Both the position numbers and the translations under genes were made by a program. This document shows positions 46,410 to 54,795 of a stretch of 64,000 bases of DNA, piece after piece. The DNA is from Geminicoccaceae bacterium (GTDB taxonomy: Bacteria > Pseudomonadota > Alphaproteobacteria > Geminicoccales > Geminicoccaceae), in contig RECO01000152.1 in the NCBI GenBank assembly GCA_007694015.1, forward strand, positions 7,660 to 71,659, written 5' to 3'. The notes beneath the pieces were generated by a model. It did not search any database. It worked only from the letters and a program-made list of their open reading frames with translations, and was not told the origin of the DNA. Position 1 is the stretch's first letter. Each line of letters opens with the position of its first letter.

Positions 46410-47435
46410 ATGACCTTGCTCAGGCGTCACCTGCTTGCCCTCAGCGCCGCCGCGGCGCTGGCCTTGCCGGGCTTCGGCCACGCGCAGGATCGCGAGATCC
46501 GCATCGGCTTCGTCTCGCACCAGCACGACATCACCGACCTGTTCGGTCAGCTGGAAATCGGCTTCCGCGAGCGACTGGAGGCCGAAGGCGTCCAATACCG
46601 GATGTTCCAGGCGGCCCCAACCGCCTCCAATCGCCATGACGAGATGTTGAACATCCTCGAAAACATGGCGAACCTGAACCTCGACTACATGGTGTTCGGC
46701 CCCTCCAGCCTCGACCAGAACACGCCGGGCTTGGTGATGGTGGCCGATGCCGGGACCAAGATATTAATGGTCGACTACGAGCCGAAGGAAGGCCAGGAAT
46801 TCCCGTTCGAGCACGCCGTCTTGAACTGGTCGGTCTACAACCACTTCCAGATGGGCGAGGCGACCGGCCGCTGGATTGCCGAGCATTTCATGGCTCAGGG
46901 CAAGGATAGTGCCAACGTCATCATGATGTGGGGCCCCGTGGCCTCCGAGATCAGCCAGGACCGCGGCAATGGCGTGATCGCCGCGATGGAAGCAGCGGAA
47001 GGCTTCACCCCCAACATCATCTACCAGGGCTATGGCGACTTCCAGCGCGAGCTCGCCTACAACGAGACCGAGCGGGCCTTGATTGCCTATCCGAACGTCG
47101 AGGTGATCGTGGCCATGAACTCGGTGATGGCGCTCGGCACGATGTCCGCGCTGGAGGTCGACGGCAAGCTCGACCAGGTCGTGGTGACCGGCATGGGCGG
47201 GCAACCCGACGAGTTGGAGATGGTGGCGCGCGGCAAGATCGGCGTGGCGGTCTTCCGCGACCCGCGCTCGATGGGCGCCAATTCGGCGGACGCGTTGGTC
47301 AAGCACCTGCGCGGTGAGGAAGATCAAATCGAGCGCATCGTCTACACCGACTTGCGCGTCCTCGATACGATCGACTCCATCCGCCAATACGTGCCGCGGG
47401 CGATGCTCGACATCGACGCCAAGCTCGGCAACTGA
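46410..47435 (+). CDS. sugar ABC transporter periplasmic substrate-binding protein
   Basis: Signal peptide LLALSAAAALALPGFGHAQ, followed by a type-I periplasmic binding fold. Confidence 0.85.
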   Translation: MTLLRRHLLALSAAAALALPGFGHAQDREIRIGFVSHQHDITDLFGQLEIGFRERLEAEGVQYRMFQAAPTASNRHDEMLNILENMANLNLDYMVFGPSSLDQNTPGLVMVADAGTKILMVDYEPKEGQEFPFEHAVLNWSVYNHFQMGEATGRWIAEHFMAQGKDSANVIMMWGPVASEISQDRGNGVIAAMEAAEGFTPNIIYQGYGDFQRELAYNETERALIAYPNVEVIVAMNSVMALGTMSALEVDGKLDQVVVTGMGGQPDELEMVARGKIGVAVFRDPRSMGANSADALVKHLRGEEDQIERIVYTDLRVLDTIDSIRQYVPRAMLDIDAKLGN

Positions 47436-47453
47436 ACCGGCTCCCATGCCGGG

Positions 47454-47555
47454 GGCAGCGGCAAAGCCGCTGTCCTCTACTCGAACCGGCAGCGGCTCTG
47501 CCTCTGTCCTTTACTCGAACAGGCAGCGGCTCTGCCGCTGCCTGGGGGGGGGTCG
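47454..47555 (+). repeat. tandem 34-nt repeat, about 2.6 units
   Basis: Units start at 47454, 47488 and 47522. Unit 2 reads GGCAGCGGCTCTGCCTCTGTCCTTTACTCGAACA. Each unit opens with a GGCAGCGGC-nnn-GCCGCTG(CC) type hairpin, imperfect in units 1 and 2. Confidence 0.85.
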
Positions 47556-47610
47556 AAGGGGGGACCATCAAGTCCCCCCTTTCTCTTTTCTTTCTCCTTT
47601 TCCGCCCCCG
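47522..47610 (+). repeat. GC-hairpin/polypyrimidine-tail element, copy 4; likely terminator of the ABC operon
   Basis: Hairpin GGCAGCGGC-TCT-GCCGCTGCC at 47522-47542, then a G-run. Hairpin GGGGGGAC-CATCAA-GTCCCCCC at 47558-47579. Tail TTTCTCTTTTCTTTCTCCTTTTCC at 47580-47603. The gltX stop is at 47611. Confidence 0.8.
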
Positions 47611-49011
47611 CTAGCCGAGCACGTCGGCGAGGCGGCCTTCCACCTCGGCCTTGCCCAGAACCGCCATGACCTCGAACAGGCCGGGCGAGACGCCGCGGCC
47701 GGTGAGCGCCGCGCGCAGCGGCTGGGCGAGCTTGCCGAAGCCGACGCCCAAGCTCTCGGCAACGCTTCGGGCGTGGGCTTCGAGGGCGGCTTCTTCGAAT
47801 GGCGGGGCATCGGCCCGGAGCCGGTCGCGGTAGACGCGGAGCCGCTGGAAGGCGTCGACGTCGAGCAGCTTGGCCGCCTTCTCGTCCATCGGGATGGGCC
47901 GCGAGGCCACGTAGAAGGCGGCACTCTCGGCGAGGTCGTCGAGCTTGCGGGCGCGCTGCTTGAGCCCCGCCATACCCTGCCTGAGCCGGGCTTGGGCGGC
48001 CGCATCGACGGCGAGGCCCATGGCATCCAGGCGCGGCGCGATGAGGTCGACCAGCTCGCCGTCGTCGCGCAGGCGCAGATAGTGCGCGTTCAGTGCGGTG
48101 AGCTTGTCCATGTCGAAGCGGGCGGGCGAGCGGCCAACGGCGTCGAGGTCGAACCATTGAATCGCTTGTTCGGTCGAGATGATCTCGTCGTCGCCATGCG
48201 CCCAGCCGAGCCGCAGGAGATAGTTGCGCACGGCTTCGGGCAGGCAGCCCATGTCGCGATAGGCATCGACGCCGAGCGCACCGTGGCGCTTGGAGAGCTT
48301 GGCGCCGTCGGGGCCGTGGATCAGCGGGATGTGCGCGAAAACCGGCAAGTCCCAGCCCATGGCGAGGAAGACCTGCGCCTGGCGAAAGGCGTTGTTGAGG
48401 TGGTCGTCGCCGCGGATGACGTGGGTCACGCCCATGTCGTGGTCGTCGACGACGACCGAGAGCATGTAGGTGGGCGTGCCGTCGGCGCGCAGCAGCACCA
48501 TGTCGTCGAGTTCGGCGTTCTGGACGACGACGCGGCCTTGAACGGCGTCCTCGATCACCGTTTCGCCGGTCTGGGGCATTTTGATCCGGACGACGGGGTC
48601 GAGGCCGGCGGGCGCCTCGCTCGGGTCGCGGTCGCGCCAGGTGCCGTCGTAGCGGATCGGTTTTTTCTCGGCGCGCGCCTTCTCACGCATCGCCACCAGC
48701 TCGTCTTGGGTGCACCAGCAGCGATAGGCCTTGCCCTCGGCCAGGAGCTGATGGGCCACCTCGGCGTGGCGCACACGGCGGTCGAACTGGAACACGGGCT
48801 TTTGGTCGGCGTGCAGCCCCAGCCAGTCGAGGCCGTCGAAAATGGCGTCGATCGCGGCATCGGTGGAGCGCTGACGGTCGGTGTCCTCGATGCGCAACAG
48901 GAACTGGCCGCCGTGATGGCGTGCGTACAGCCAGTTGAACAAAGCCGTTCGCGCCCCGCCTATATGGAGAAATCCCGTGGGCGAAGGGGCAAAGCGTGTG
49001 ATAACGGTCAC
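47611..49011 (-). CDS. gltX: glutamate--tRNA ligase
   Basis: GTG start gives (M)[27 protein letters not shown] (HIGH). The KMSKS-type motif is GAKLSKRHG. Confidence 0.93.
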   Translation of the reverse strand: MTVITRFAPSPTGFLHIGGARTALFNWLYARHHGGQFLLRIEDTDRQRSTDAAIDAIFDGLDWLGLHADQKPVFQFDRRVRHAEVAHQLLAEGKAYRCWCTQDELVAMREKARAEKKPIRYDGTWRDRDPSEAPAGLDPVVRIKMPQTGETVIEDAVQGRVVVQNAELDDMVLLRADGTPTYMLSVVVDDHDMGVTHVIRGDDHLNNAFRQAQVFLAMGWDLPVFAHIPLIHGPDGAKLSKRHGALGVDAYRDMGCLPEAVRNYLLRLGWAHGDDEIISTEQAIQWFDLDAVGRSPARFDMDKLTALNAHYLRLRDDGELVDLIAPRLDAMGLAVDAAAQARLRQGMAGLKQRARKLDDLAESAAFYVASRPIPMDEKAAKLLDVDAFQRLRVYRDRLRADAPPFEEAALEAHARSVAESLGVGFGKLAQPLRAALTGRGVSPGLFEVMAVLGKAEVEGRLADVLG

Positions 49012-49109
49012 GTGATCAACCTCGAAGGCCGGCCGGATTGCGGGTGGCATCGGATAGCACGATCGAGACGGGGGACCCAAGCGCGGGTCGGCGCTGGCGC
49101 TGGCCCAGC

Positions 49110-51140
49110 ATGCTCGCGCGGCTCGGGGCGGCCCTCGCCGCGGAACGGCCGCGCTGGTTCCTTGGCCTGCCCATCGCGCTGGCCTGCGGCATCGCGCTTT
49201 ACCACGGCCTCGCCTTCGAACCCCCGCGTTGGTGGGGCTTCGTCGCGGCTAGCTCGGGCATCGCCGTCGGGCTCCTGGCATTCTGGCTCGGCCATCCAGG
49301 CCGTCGCGCGCTCGGTTTCGGCGTGGCCGTCCTGTTTGCGGGCTTTGCGTTGGCACAGCACCAAGCGCATCGGCTCGATCAGCCGACGGTCGCCTTTCCA
49401 CAGGTCGCCGTGGTCACCGGCTGGGTCGAACTTGTCGAGCCACGCGACGACGGGGCCAGGCTGACCCTCCGGGTCGACACGTTGGAGGGCGTGCGGGGCG
49501 GCACACCCGAGCGGCTGCGCATCACCGCCCGCACGCTGCCCGACGCGCTGCACGTCGGCGACAAGGTGCGCGCCCGCGCCCGCTTCATGCCCCCCTCCGA
49601 ACCGGTCATGCCGGGGGCGTTCGACTTTGCACGCTGGGCGCATTTCCAGGGCCTGGGTGCCGTGGGCTACGTCTTCGGCGAGGTCGAGCGGCTGGAGGCG
49701 GCGACGGCCCGCGACGGTTGGCGCATCGCCGAGCTCAGGCGTTGGATCGCGAGCCACGTCGTGCGCGTCGTGCCGGGCGACGCGGGTGCTGTGGCCGCCG
49801 CCGTCATGACGGGCTTGCGCGGCGACATCCCCGAACATGTCTGGCTGGCGATGCAGGGCTCCGGGCTTGCCCATTTGCTCGCGATTTCGGGCCTGCACGT
49901 CGGCCTCGTCGCGGGCACCGCCTTCCTCGTCGTGCGCTTCGGCATCTGCCTGTTCCCGTGGCTGGCGGTGCGGGTCCAGGCGCATCGGCTGGCGGCCTTT
50001 GCCGGCTTGCTCATGGCCTTCGTCTATCTGCTCCTGGCGGGTGCCACGATCCCGACCCAGCGCGCCTTTTTCATGACGGCCGTGGTCCTGCTCGCGCTGA
50101 TGCTGGACCGCGAGGCGATCTCGCTCAGGCTCGTCGCCTTGGCGGCGACGGTGATCCTGGTGATCGACCCGGCAGCCCTGTACGGCGCCTCCTTTCAGAT
50201 GTCGTTCGCGGCCGTGGTCGGTTTGGTTGCCGCCTACGAGCGCTGGCGCTGGCAGCGCCACGACCGAGATGCCGGGGCCCCGGGCCTGCTCCTCGCCTAT
50301 GTCGTGGGCGTGTTGGTGACGACCTTGATCGCCACGGTGGTCACCACCCCTTTTGCCGCCTACCATTTCGGCCGCATTCCGACCTACGGCGTCCTCGCCA
50401 ATTTGGTCGCCGTGCCGCTGATGGCCTTTTGGATCATGCCACTGGCGCTGGTGAGCCTGGTCTTGATGCCGCTCGGCCTGGACGCCCTGGTGCTCGGTGC
50501 GATGAGCCGCGGTATCGACCTCGTTCTCTGGTCGGCAGCGACCACCTCGGCCTGGCCGATGGCCGCGTTCGACGTGCCGCAGCCGAGCGGCTGGGCGATC
50601 GCGCTCGTCAGCCTCGCCGCCCTTTGGGCGGTAATCTGGCGGGGCCCGGTCGCGCGCTTGGCGCTGCTACCGGCGTGCGTGGCGCTCGCCGCCTTCGCCT
50701 TCGAGCGCCCCCCCGATCTCGTCGTCGACCGCGCCGCCGGCATGGTGGCGATGCGTGGCAGCGACGGGCGCTACGCGCTCGCCGTCGAGCGCCGGGACGG
50801 CTTCGTCCTGCGCGGCTGGACCCGGGCCCTCGGCATCGACGACTTCGCCGAGCCCGTCTTGGTCGCGGGTGTCGCCTGCGACGAGCGCGGCTGCCGGCTT
50901 GCCCGGCGCAGCACCGAGGTCGCCATCGCCCTGCGACCCGGCGCGTTGGCGCTCGACTGTACCGCCGGCGCCGCCTTGGTGATCAACCTGTCGGGCGATG
51001 CCGTGTGCGCGGATACGCCCACCATCACCCGCAGCGAGCTGTGGTCACGCGGGGCGGTCGCCGTCCATGTCGGGCCAACGCCGCGCGTTCGTTTCGTCCA
51101 CCACGACGGGCAGCGGCGTTTGTGGCAACGGCAGCGCTGA
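49110..51140 (+). CDS. comEC: ComEC/Rec2 family competence-type membrane protein (no MBL domain)
   Basis: DUF4131-like N-terminus, then the polytopic Competence domain ([14 protein letters not shown]...). It is divergent from gltX. The ATG at 49110 is preferred over the 49038 track start. Confidence 0.85.
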   Translation: MLARLGAALAAERPRWFLGLPIALACGIALYHGLAFEPPRWWGFVAASSGIAVGLLAFWLGHPGRRALGFGVAVLFAGFALAQHQAHRLDQPTVAFPQVAVVTGWVELVEPRDDGARLTLRVDTLEGVRGGTPERLRITARTLPDALHVGDKVRARARFMPPSEPVMPGAFDFARWAHFQGLGAVGYVFGEVERLEAATARDGWRIAELRRWIASHVVRVVPGDAGAVAAAVMTGLRGDIPEHVWLAMQGSGLAHLLAISGLHVGLVAGTAFLVVRFGICLFPWLAVRVQAHRLAAFAGLLMAFVYLLLAGATIPTQRAFFMTAVVLLALMLDREAISLRLVALAATVILVIDPAALYGASFQMSFAAVVGLVAAYERWRWQRHDRDAGAPGLLLAYVVGVLVTTLIATVVTTPFAAYHFGRIPTYGVLANLVAVPLMAFWIMPLALVSLVLMPLGLDALVLGAMSRGIDLVLWSAATTSAWPMAAFDVPQPSGWAIALVSLAALWAVIWRGPVARLALLPACVALAAFAFERPPDLVVDRAAGMVAMRGSDGRYALAVERRDGFVLRGWTRALGIDDFAEPVLVAGVACDERGCRLARRSTEVAIALRPGALALDCTAGAALVINLSGDAVCADTPTITRSELWSRGAVAVHVGPTPRVRFVHHDGQRRLWQRQR

Positions 51141-51144
51141 CGCC

Positions 51145-52851
51145 TCAAGCTGGCACGGGGTCGAGAATGGCGGCCGGCGCCGCCGTCGCGGCGATCGTTC
51201 GATTGCGCCCCTGGGCCTTGGCCCGGTAGAGGGCCTCGTCGGCGCGGCGGATGGTCTCCTCCAACGGCTCGGCGAGATCGCTTTCGGCGACCCCAAGACT
51301 GGCCGTGAACCGCAGGCTCAGACCGCGGAAGGTCAGCTCCTCGGCAGCGACGGCCCGGCGGAGCCGCTCGGCAACACGCAAGGCGCCCGCCAAATCGCTG
51401 CGCGTCACGATCAAGAACTCCTCACCACCCCACCGATAGGCCTCGTCGCCCCGACGCAAGGATCGCCGCACCACCTCCGCTGCCGCCTGCAAGGCGGCGT
51501 CGCCGGCCGCATGACCGTACCGCTCGTTCAGCGCCTTGAAGTGATCCAGATCGAGCATGATCACGGCACCGCCACGGAGCGTCGGCCGGCGCCGCTCGCC
51601 CAAACGCGCCGCCGCCGCATGGCGATTGGGTAAGTTGGTCAAGGCATCCGTTTCGGCTTGCCGTCGCAAACTGCGGTTGAGAATTCTGATCTCCACCGTG
51701 GCGTTGGCGATTCGCGACTGCAGGTGGCGCACCCCCTCGCCGAGACCGACCGCGGTGGCCAAAGCCACCCCGAAAAAGGCCACGAGACCGAGGGCGATGG
51801 CGTTGCGCCGGTCGGCCTCGAGCCGCTGCCATTCAGGGCCGACCGTCGCCCAAATCAGCACCAACGCCGTCGGTGAGGCATCGGCCGGGGCGCCGTAGAC
51901 GGTAAGCGGGTGGGCCGTCAGCCAGAACGGGATGCCATCGGCCGCGTGCAGCAACGCGGGTGACGCCGCGGCTTGGAACCGCCAACTTGGCGGCAGATCG
52001 GGCACGGGCTGGGTCGTCGTGTCGATCCACCACGTTTCGCCCGCGGCCTCGAAGCCGCGCAGTCGGTCCTGCGCCTCGGGCATCGCCGCCGAGAGCGCCT
52101 CGGCACTCACCAAGACGGCCGCCGCCACGGCGAGATGGGTTTCGATCCGGGCGAGCATCGTTGCGAAGCTGCTGCCGACCTCGACTGCACCCACGGCGAT
52201 ACGCTCGCCATCCCCACCGGCAAGGACCGGTGTTACCGCGCGGAGCGCCGGCAGGAACGGGCCGATCTCGAACCCGGTGCCCGGCTGGCCGCGCCGGATC
52301 ACCTCTTGGGGTAGACGGCGAAAACCCGTCAGTTCGTCGCCGAAGGCTTCGGGCGCATGCAGCCGCAAGAAGCTTCGGTCGCCCGGCGCGAGGTGTACGT
52401 GGACCTGGCGCAGGCCGTAGTCGCGATGGCCGAGCTGCCAAGCCGGCTCCAGGCGTCGCCGTAGCTCGTTGCGATAAGCCGCCTGGATCGCCGCGGCGTC
52501 GGGATGGTCTCGGACCTGGTAGGCGGCGCCGATCAGGCCAGCGACGAGCGGATCGCTCGCGATCAGGCTCGCGGCGCGGAGGTTGTCCTCGAGGGTGACG
52601 TGCAGCAGCATCTCGAAGGCGGCATCCACCTCGCGGGCCCGATCGGCGACACCATGCCGAAAGGTCTGCTCGGCGCGGTCGTGGACGAAGGCGACGAGCC
52701 CCACCATCGCCAATGCCAAGGCCAACAAGATCACCAGGAACGCGCGGCCCGGCAACAGGTGCCAGAGCGGCGCTGCCAACCGCCGTGCCCGCCTTTCGCC
52801 CGGCGACGCCCGTCTCGATCTCGCCGGCTCGGCCCACATACCCCACGCCAC
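51145..52851 (-). CDS. diguanylate cyclase with a periplasmic sensor domain
   Basis: TM helix, large extracytoplasmic domain, second TM helix, then DALTNLPNR...RWGGEEFLIV. Confidence 0.85.
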   Translation of the reverse strand: MAWGMWAEPARSRRASPGERRARRLAAPLWHLLPGRAFLVILLALALAMVGLVAFVHDRAEQTFRHGVADRAREVDAAFEMLLHVTLEDNLRAASLIASDPLVAGLIGAAYQVRDHPDAAAIQAAYRNELRRRLEPAWQLGHRDYGLRQVHVHLAPGDRSFLRLHAPEAFGDELTGFRRLPQEVIRRGQPGTGFEIGPFLPALRAVTPVLAGGDGERIAVGAVEVGSSFATMLARIETHLAVAAAVLVSAEALSAAMPEAQDRLRGFEAAGETWWIDTTTQPVPDLPPSWRFQAAASPALLHAADGIPFWLTAHPLTVYGAPADASPTALVLIWATVGPEWQRLEADRRNAIALGLVAFFGVALATAVGLGEGVRHLQSRIANATVEIRILNRSLRRQAETDALTNLPNRHAAAARLGERRRPTLRGGAVIMLDLDHFKALNERYGHAAGDAALQAAAEVVRRSLRRGDEAYRWGGEEFLIVTRSDLAGALRVAERLRRAVAAEELTFRGLSLRFTASLGVAESDLAEPLEETIRRADEALYRAKAQGRNRTIAATAAPAAILDPVPA

Positions 52852-52914
52852 CTCGACCCCGTCGACGAGCGAGGCTAGCGGGGGTTCGTCTAGAACGGGT
52901 TAACGCCGCCCGGC

Positions 52915-53571
52915 TCAGAGGATCGACTGGCCGGTCTTCTTCCAGTCGGCGAGAAAGCCGGCGAGACCTTTGTCGGTCAGCGGATGCTCGACCAGCTTCT
53001 TCAGCACCTGGGGCGGCAGGGTCGCCACGTCGGCGCCGAGCTTGGCGGCATGCAACAGGTGCACCGGATGGCGCACCGAGGCGACCAGGACCTCGGTCTC
53101 CAGCATCGGGTATTGCGCGTAGACCTCGCAGATGTCGGCGATGAGTTGCATGCCGTCCTGACCGATGTCGTCGAGGCGACCAACGAAGGGCGAGATGAAC
53201 GTCGCCCCGGCCTTGGCCGCGAGCAGGGCTTGAACCGCCGAAAAGCACAAGGTGACGTTGACCTGGATGTTCTCGCGGGTGAGCTGGCGGCAGGCCTTAA
53301 GACCATCCCAGGTCAAGGGCAGCTTGACGCAGACATTGGGCGCGAGGTCGGCGAGCCTGCGCCCTTCCGCCAGCATCGCCTCGGCGTCGGTGGCGGTGAC
53401 CTCGGCACTCACGGGGCCGTCGACCAAGCCGCAGATCTCGCGCACGACCTCCAGCATCGGCCGGCCGCTCTTGGCGATCAACGACGGGTTGGTGGTGACG
53501 CCATCCAACAGACCAGTGGCGGCCAACTCCTCGATCTCGCTGACTTCGGCCGTATCGACGAAGAACTTCAT
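52915..53571 (-). CDS. fructose-6-phosphate aldolase / short transaldolase (type 3B)
   Basis: [24 protein letters not shown], the Schiff-base Lys region VCVKLP, and [10 protein letters not shown]. Confidence 0.9.
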   Translation of the reverse strand: MKFFVDTAEVSEIEELAATGLLDGVTTNPSLIAKSGRPMLEVVREICGLVDGPVSAEVTATDAEAMLAEGRRLADLAPNVCVKLPLTWDGLKACRQLTRENIQVNVTLCFSAVQALLAAKAGATFISPFVGRLDDIGQDGMQLIADICEVYAQYPMLETEVLVASVRHPVHLLHAAKLGADVATLPPQVLKKLVEHPLTDKGLAGFLADWKKTGQSIL

Positions 53572-53720
53572 GACCCTCTCCCCTGTGGCTCGGCCGCCTG
53601 ATAGCCGACCCGAGCGCGCAACGGTAGAGCGTGAAGGCTGCAGAGCTGCCTATCGCCCAGCATGTTCAGCGGCACCCCAGATGCTTGGGGGCAACGGGAA
53701 CCAAATCCCCCTTCCCCGCT

Positions 53721-54713
53721 CTAATGCAGCGAAGGGCGCTTCAAGAAGCTGTCGCGGTCGGCGGAGACGACGGTAATTTCGTGCGGGCGGCCGTCGCGCA
53801 GGAGGGTGAGCGGGACCTTGGTGCCGGCGGGACCCAGCTTCCACATCTTGCGGTAGAGGTCGGCCAGGTCTTCGACCTCCATGCCGGCAACGGCGACGAT
53901 GACGTCACCGGCGTCGATGCCGCTCTCTGCGGCGGGGCCGCGGGCGGCCGTGGCGGCGATGGCGACCCCGTCCTCGGTTTCGGTCGGGTAGAAGCCGAGC
54001 CAGGGACGGGGCTCGCGACGGACCTTGCCGAAGCGCAAAAGGTCGTCCTGGATCGGCGGCAGGAGATCGGCGGGGACGAACATGTTGCCGGCCTGGGTGG
54101 CGCCCGAGGCAGCCGTGGTTTGCACCAGCAGCGAACCGATCCCGACGAGTTTGCCGGTTTCGTCGAGCATCGCCGTGCCGCTCCAGCGCGGGTGCGCCGG
54201 CAGGGTGAACAGCGCCTCGTCGAGGAGGTATTCCCAATAGCCCGCAAATTCGCGCTTGGCGGCTAGGCGTGCGCTCAGCGTTTGGCTGATGCCGCCGCCG
54301 CCGGCGACGATCATCGGGCTGCCCACCTGCACGCCCTTGGCCGAGGCGATGGTCAGCGGACCGACGTCCAGCCGGCTGAGCGCTTGCACCAGGCCGAACC
54401 CGGTAACCTGGTCGTAGGCGACGACGTGGGCGGGGGCGGCTTGGCCACGATTGGTGGTGAGCCAGACCCGCTCGGCTTCGGTAACGAGATAGCCGATGGT
54501 CAAGACGAGGCCGTGGTCGTCGATGACCACGCCGCTTCCGAAGCGCTCGGTGCCCAAGGGCTCGGCCGTAAAAGCGTCATTGGGGATTTCCGCGCGCAAG
54601 GAGACGACCGCATCCAGGACAGGCTGCAGTTCGAAGCCGACGTCGCGTTGGTTCGGCCGTGCGTCTTCGGGGATGTTGCCGTCTTCGAGGTCGGTCATCA
54701 GCATCTCCCGCAC
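53721..54713 (-). CDS. trypsin-like (S1C/HtrA-type) peptidase-fold protein with a C-terminal PDZ domain; catalytic triad appears incomplete
   Basis: GSGVVIDDHGLVLTIGYLV aligns with the GSGVII..GYILTNNHV consensus. PRWSGTAML occupies the place of [11 protein letters not shown] region is GIDAGDVIVAVAGMEV. No signal peptide. Confidence 0.7.
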   Translation of the reverse strand: MREMLMTDLEDGNIPEDARPNQRDVGFELQPVLDAVVSLRAEIPNDAFTAEPLGTERFGSGVVIDDHGLVLTIGYLVTEAERVWLTTNRGQAAPAHVVAYDQVTGFGLVQALSRLDVGPLTIASAKGVQVGSPMIVAGGGGISQTLSARLAAKREFAGYWEYLLDEALFTLPAHPRWSGTAMLDETGKLVGIGSLLVQTTAASGATQAGNMFVPADLLPPIQDDLLRFGKVRREPRPWLGFYPTETEDGVAIAATAARGPAAESGIDAGDVIVAVAGMEVEDLADLYRKMWKLGPAGTKVPLTLLRDGRPHEITVVSADRDSFLKRPSLH

Positions 54714-54795
54714 TTCATGGAACCCGCCGCAAGGGTCGGGCCGATGGCGCTCCGCGTCAAGGGTGCGTTCGCCTTTGGTCGCAAATCGGCGGCCT

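Noticed and set aside
47454-47555. Possible CRISPR-like array, suggested by regularly spaced hairpin-containing repeats
   Set aside because: The units are directly tandem with a 34-nt period and no unique spacers. There are only about 2.6 copies and no cas genes in the window.
53687-53711. GGGGG-N15-CCCCC followed by TTCCCC just before the stop of the PDZ-protease homologue, as a possible ninth family copy
   Set aside because: It has only a 5-bp stem with a 15-nt loop and a very short pyrimidine tract. That is too weak to count without a statistical model.
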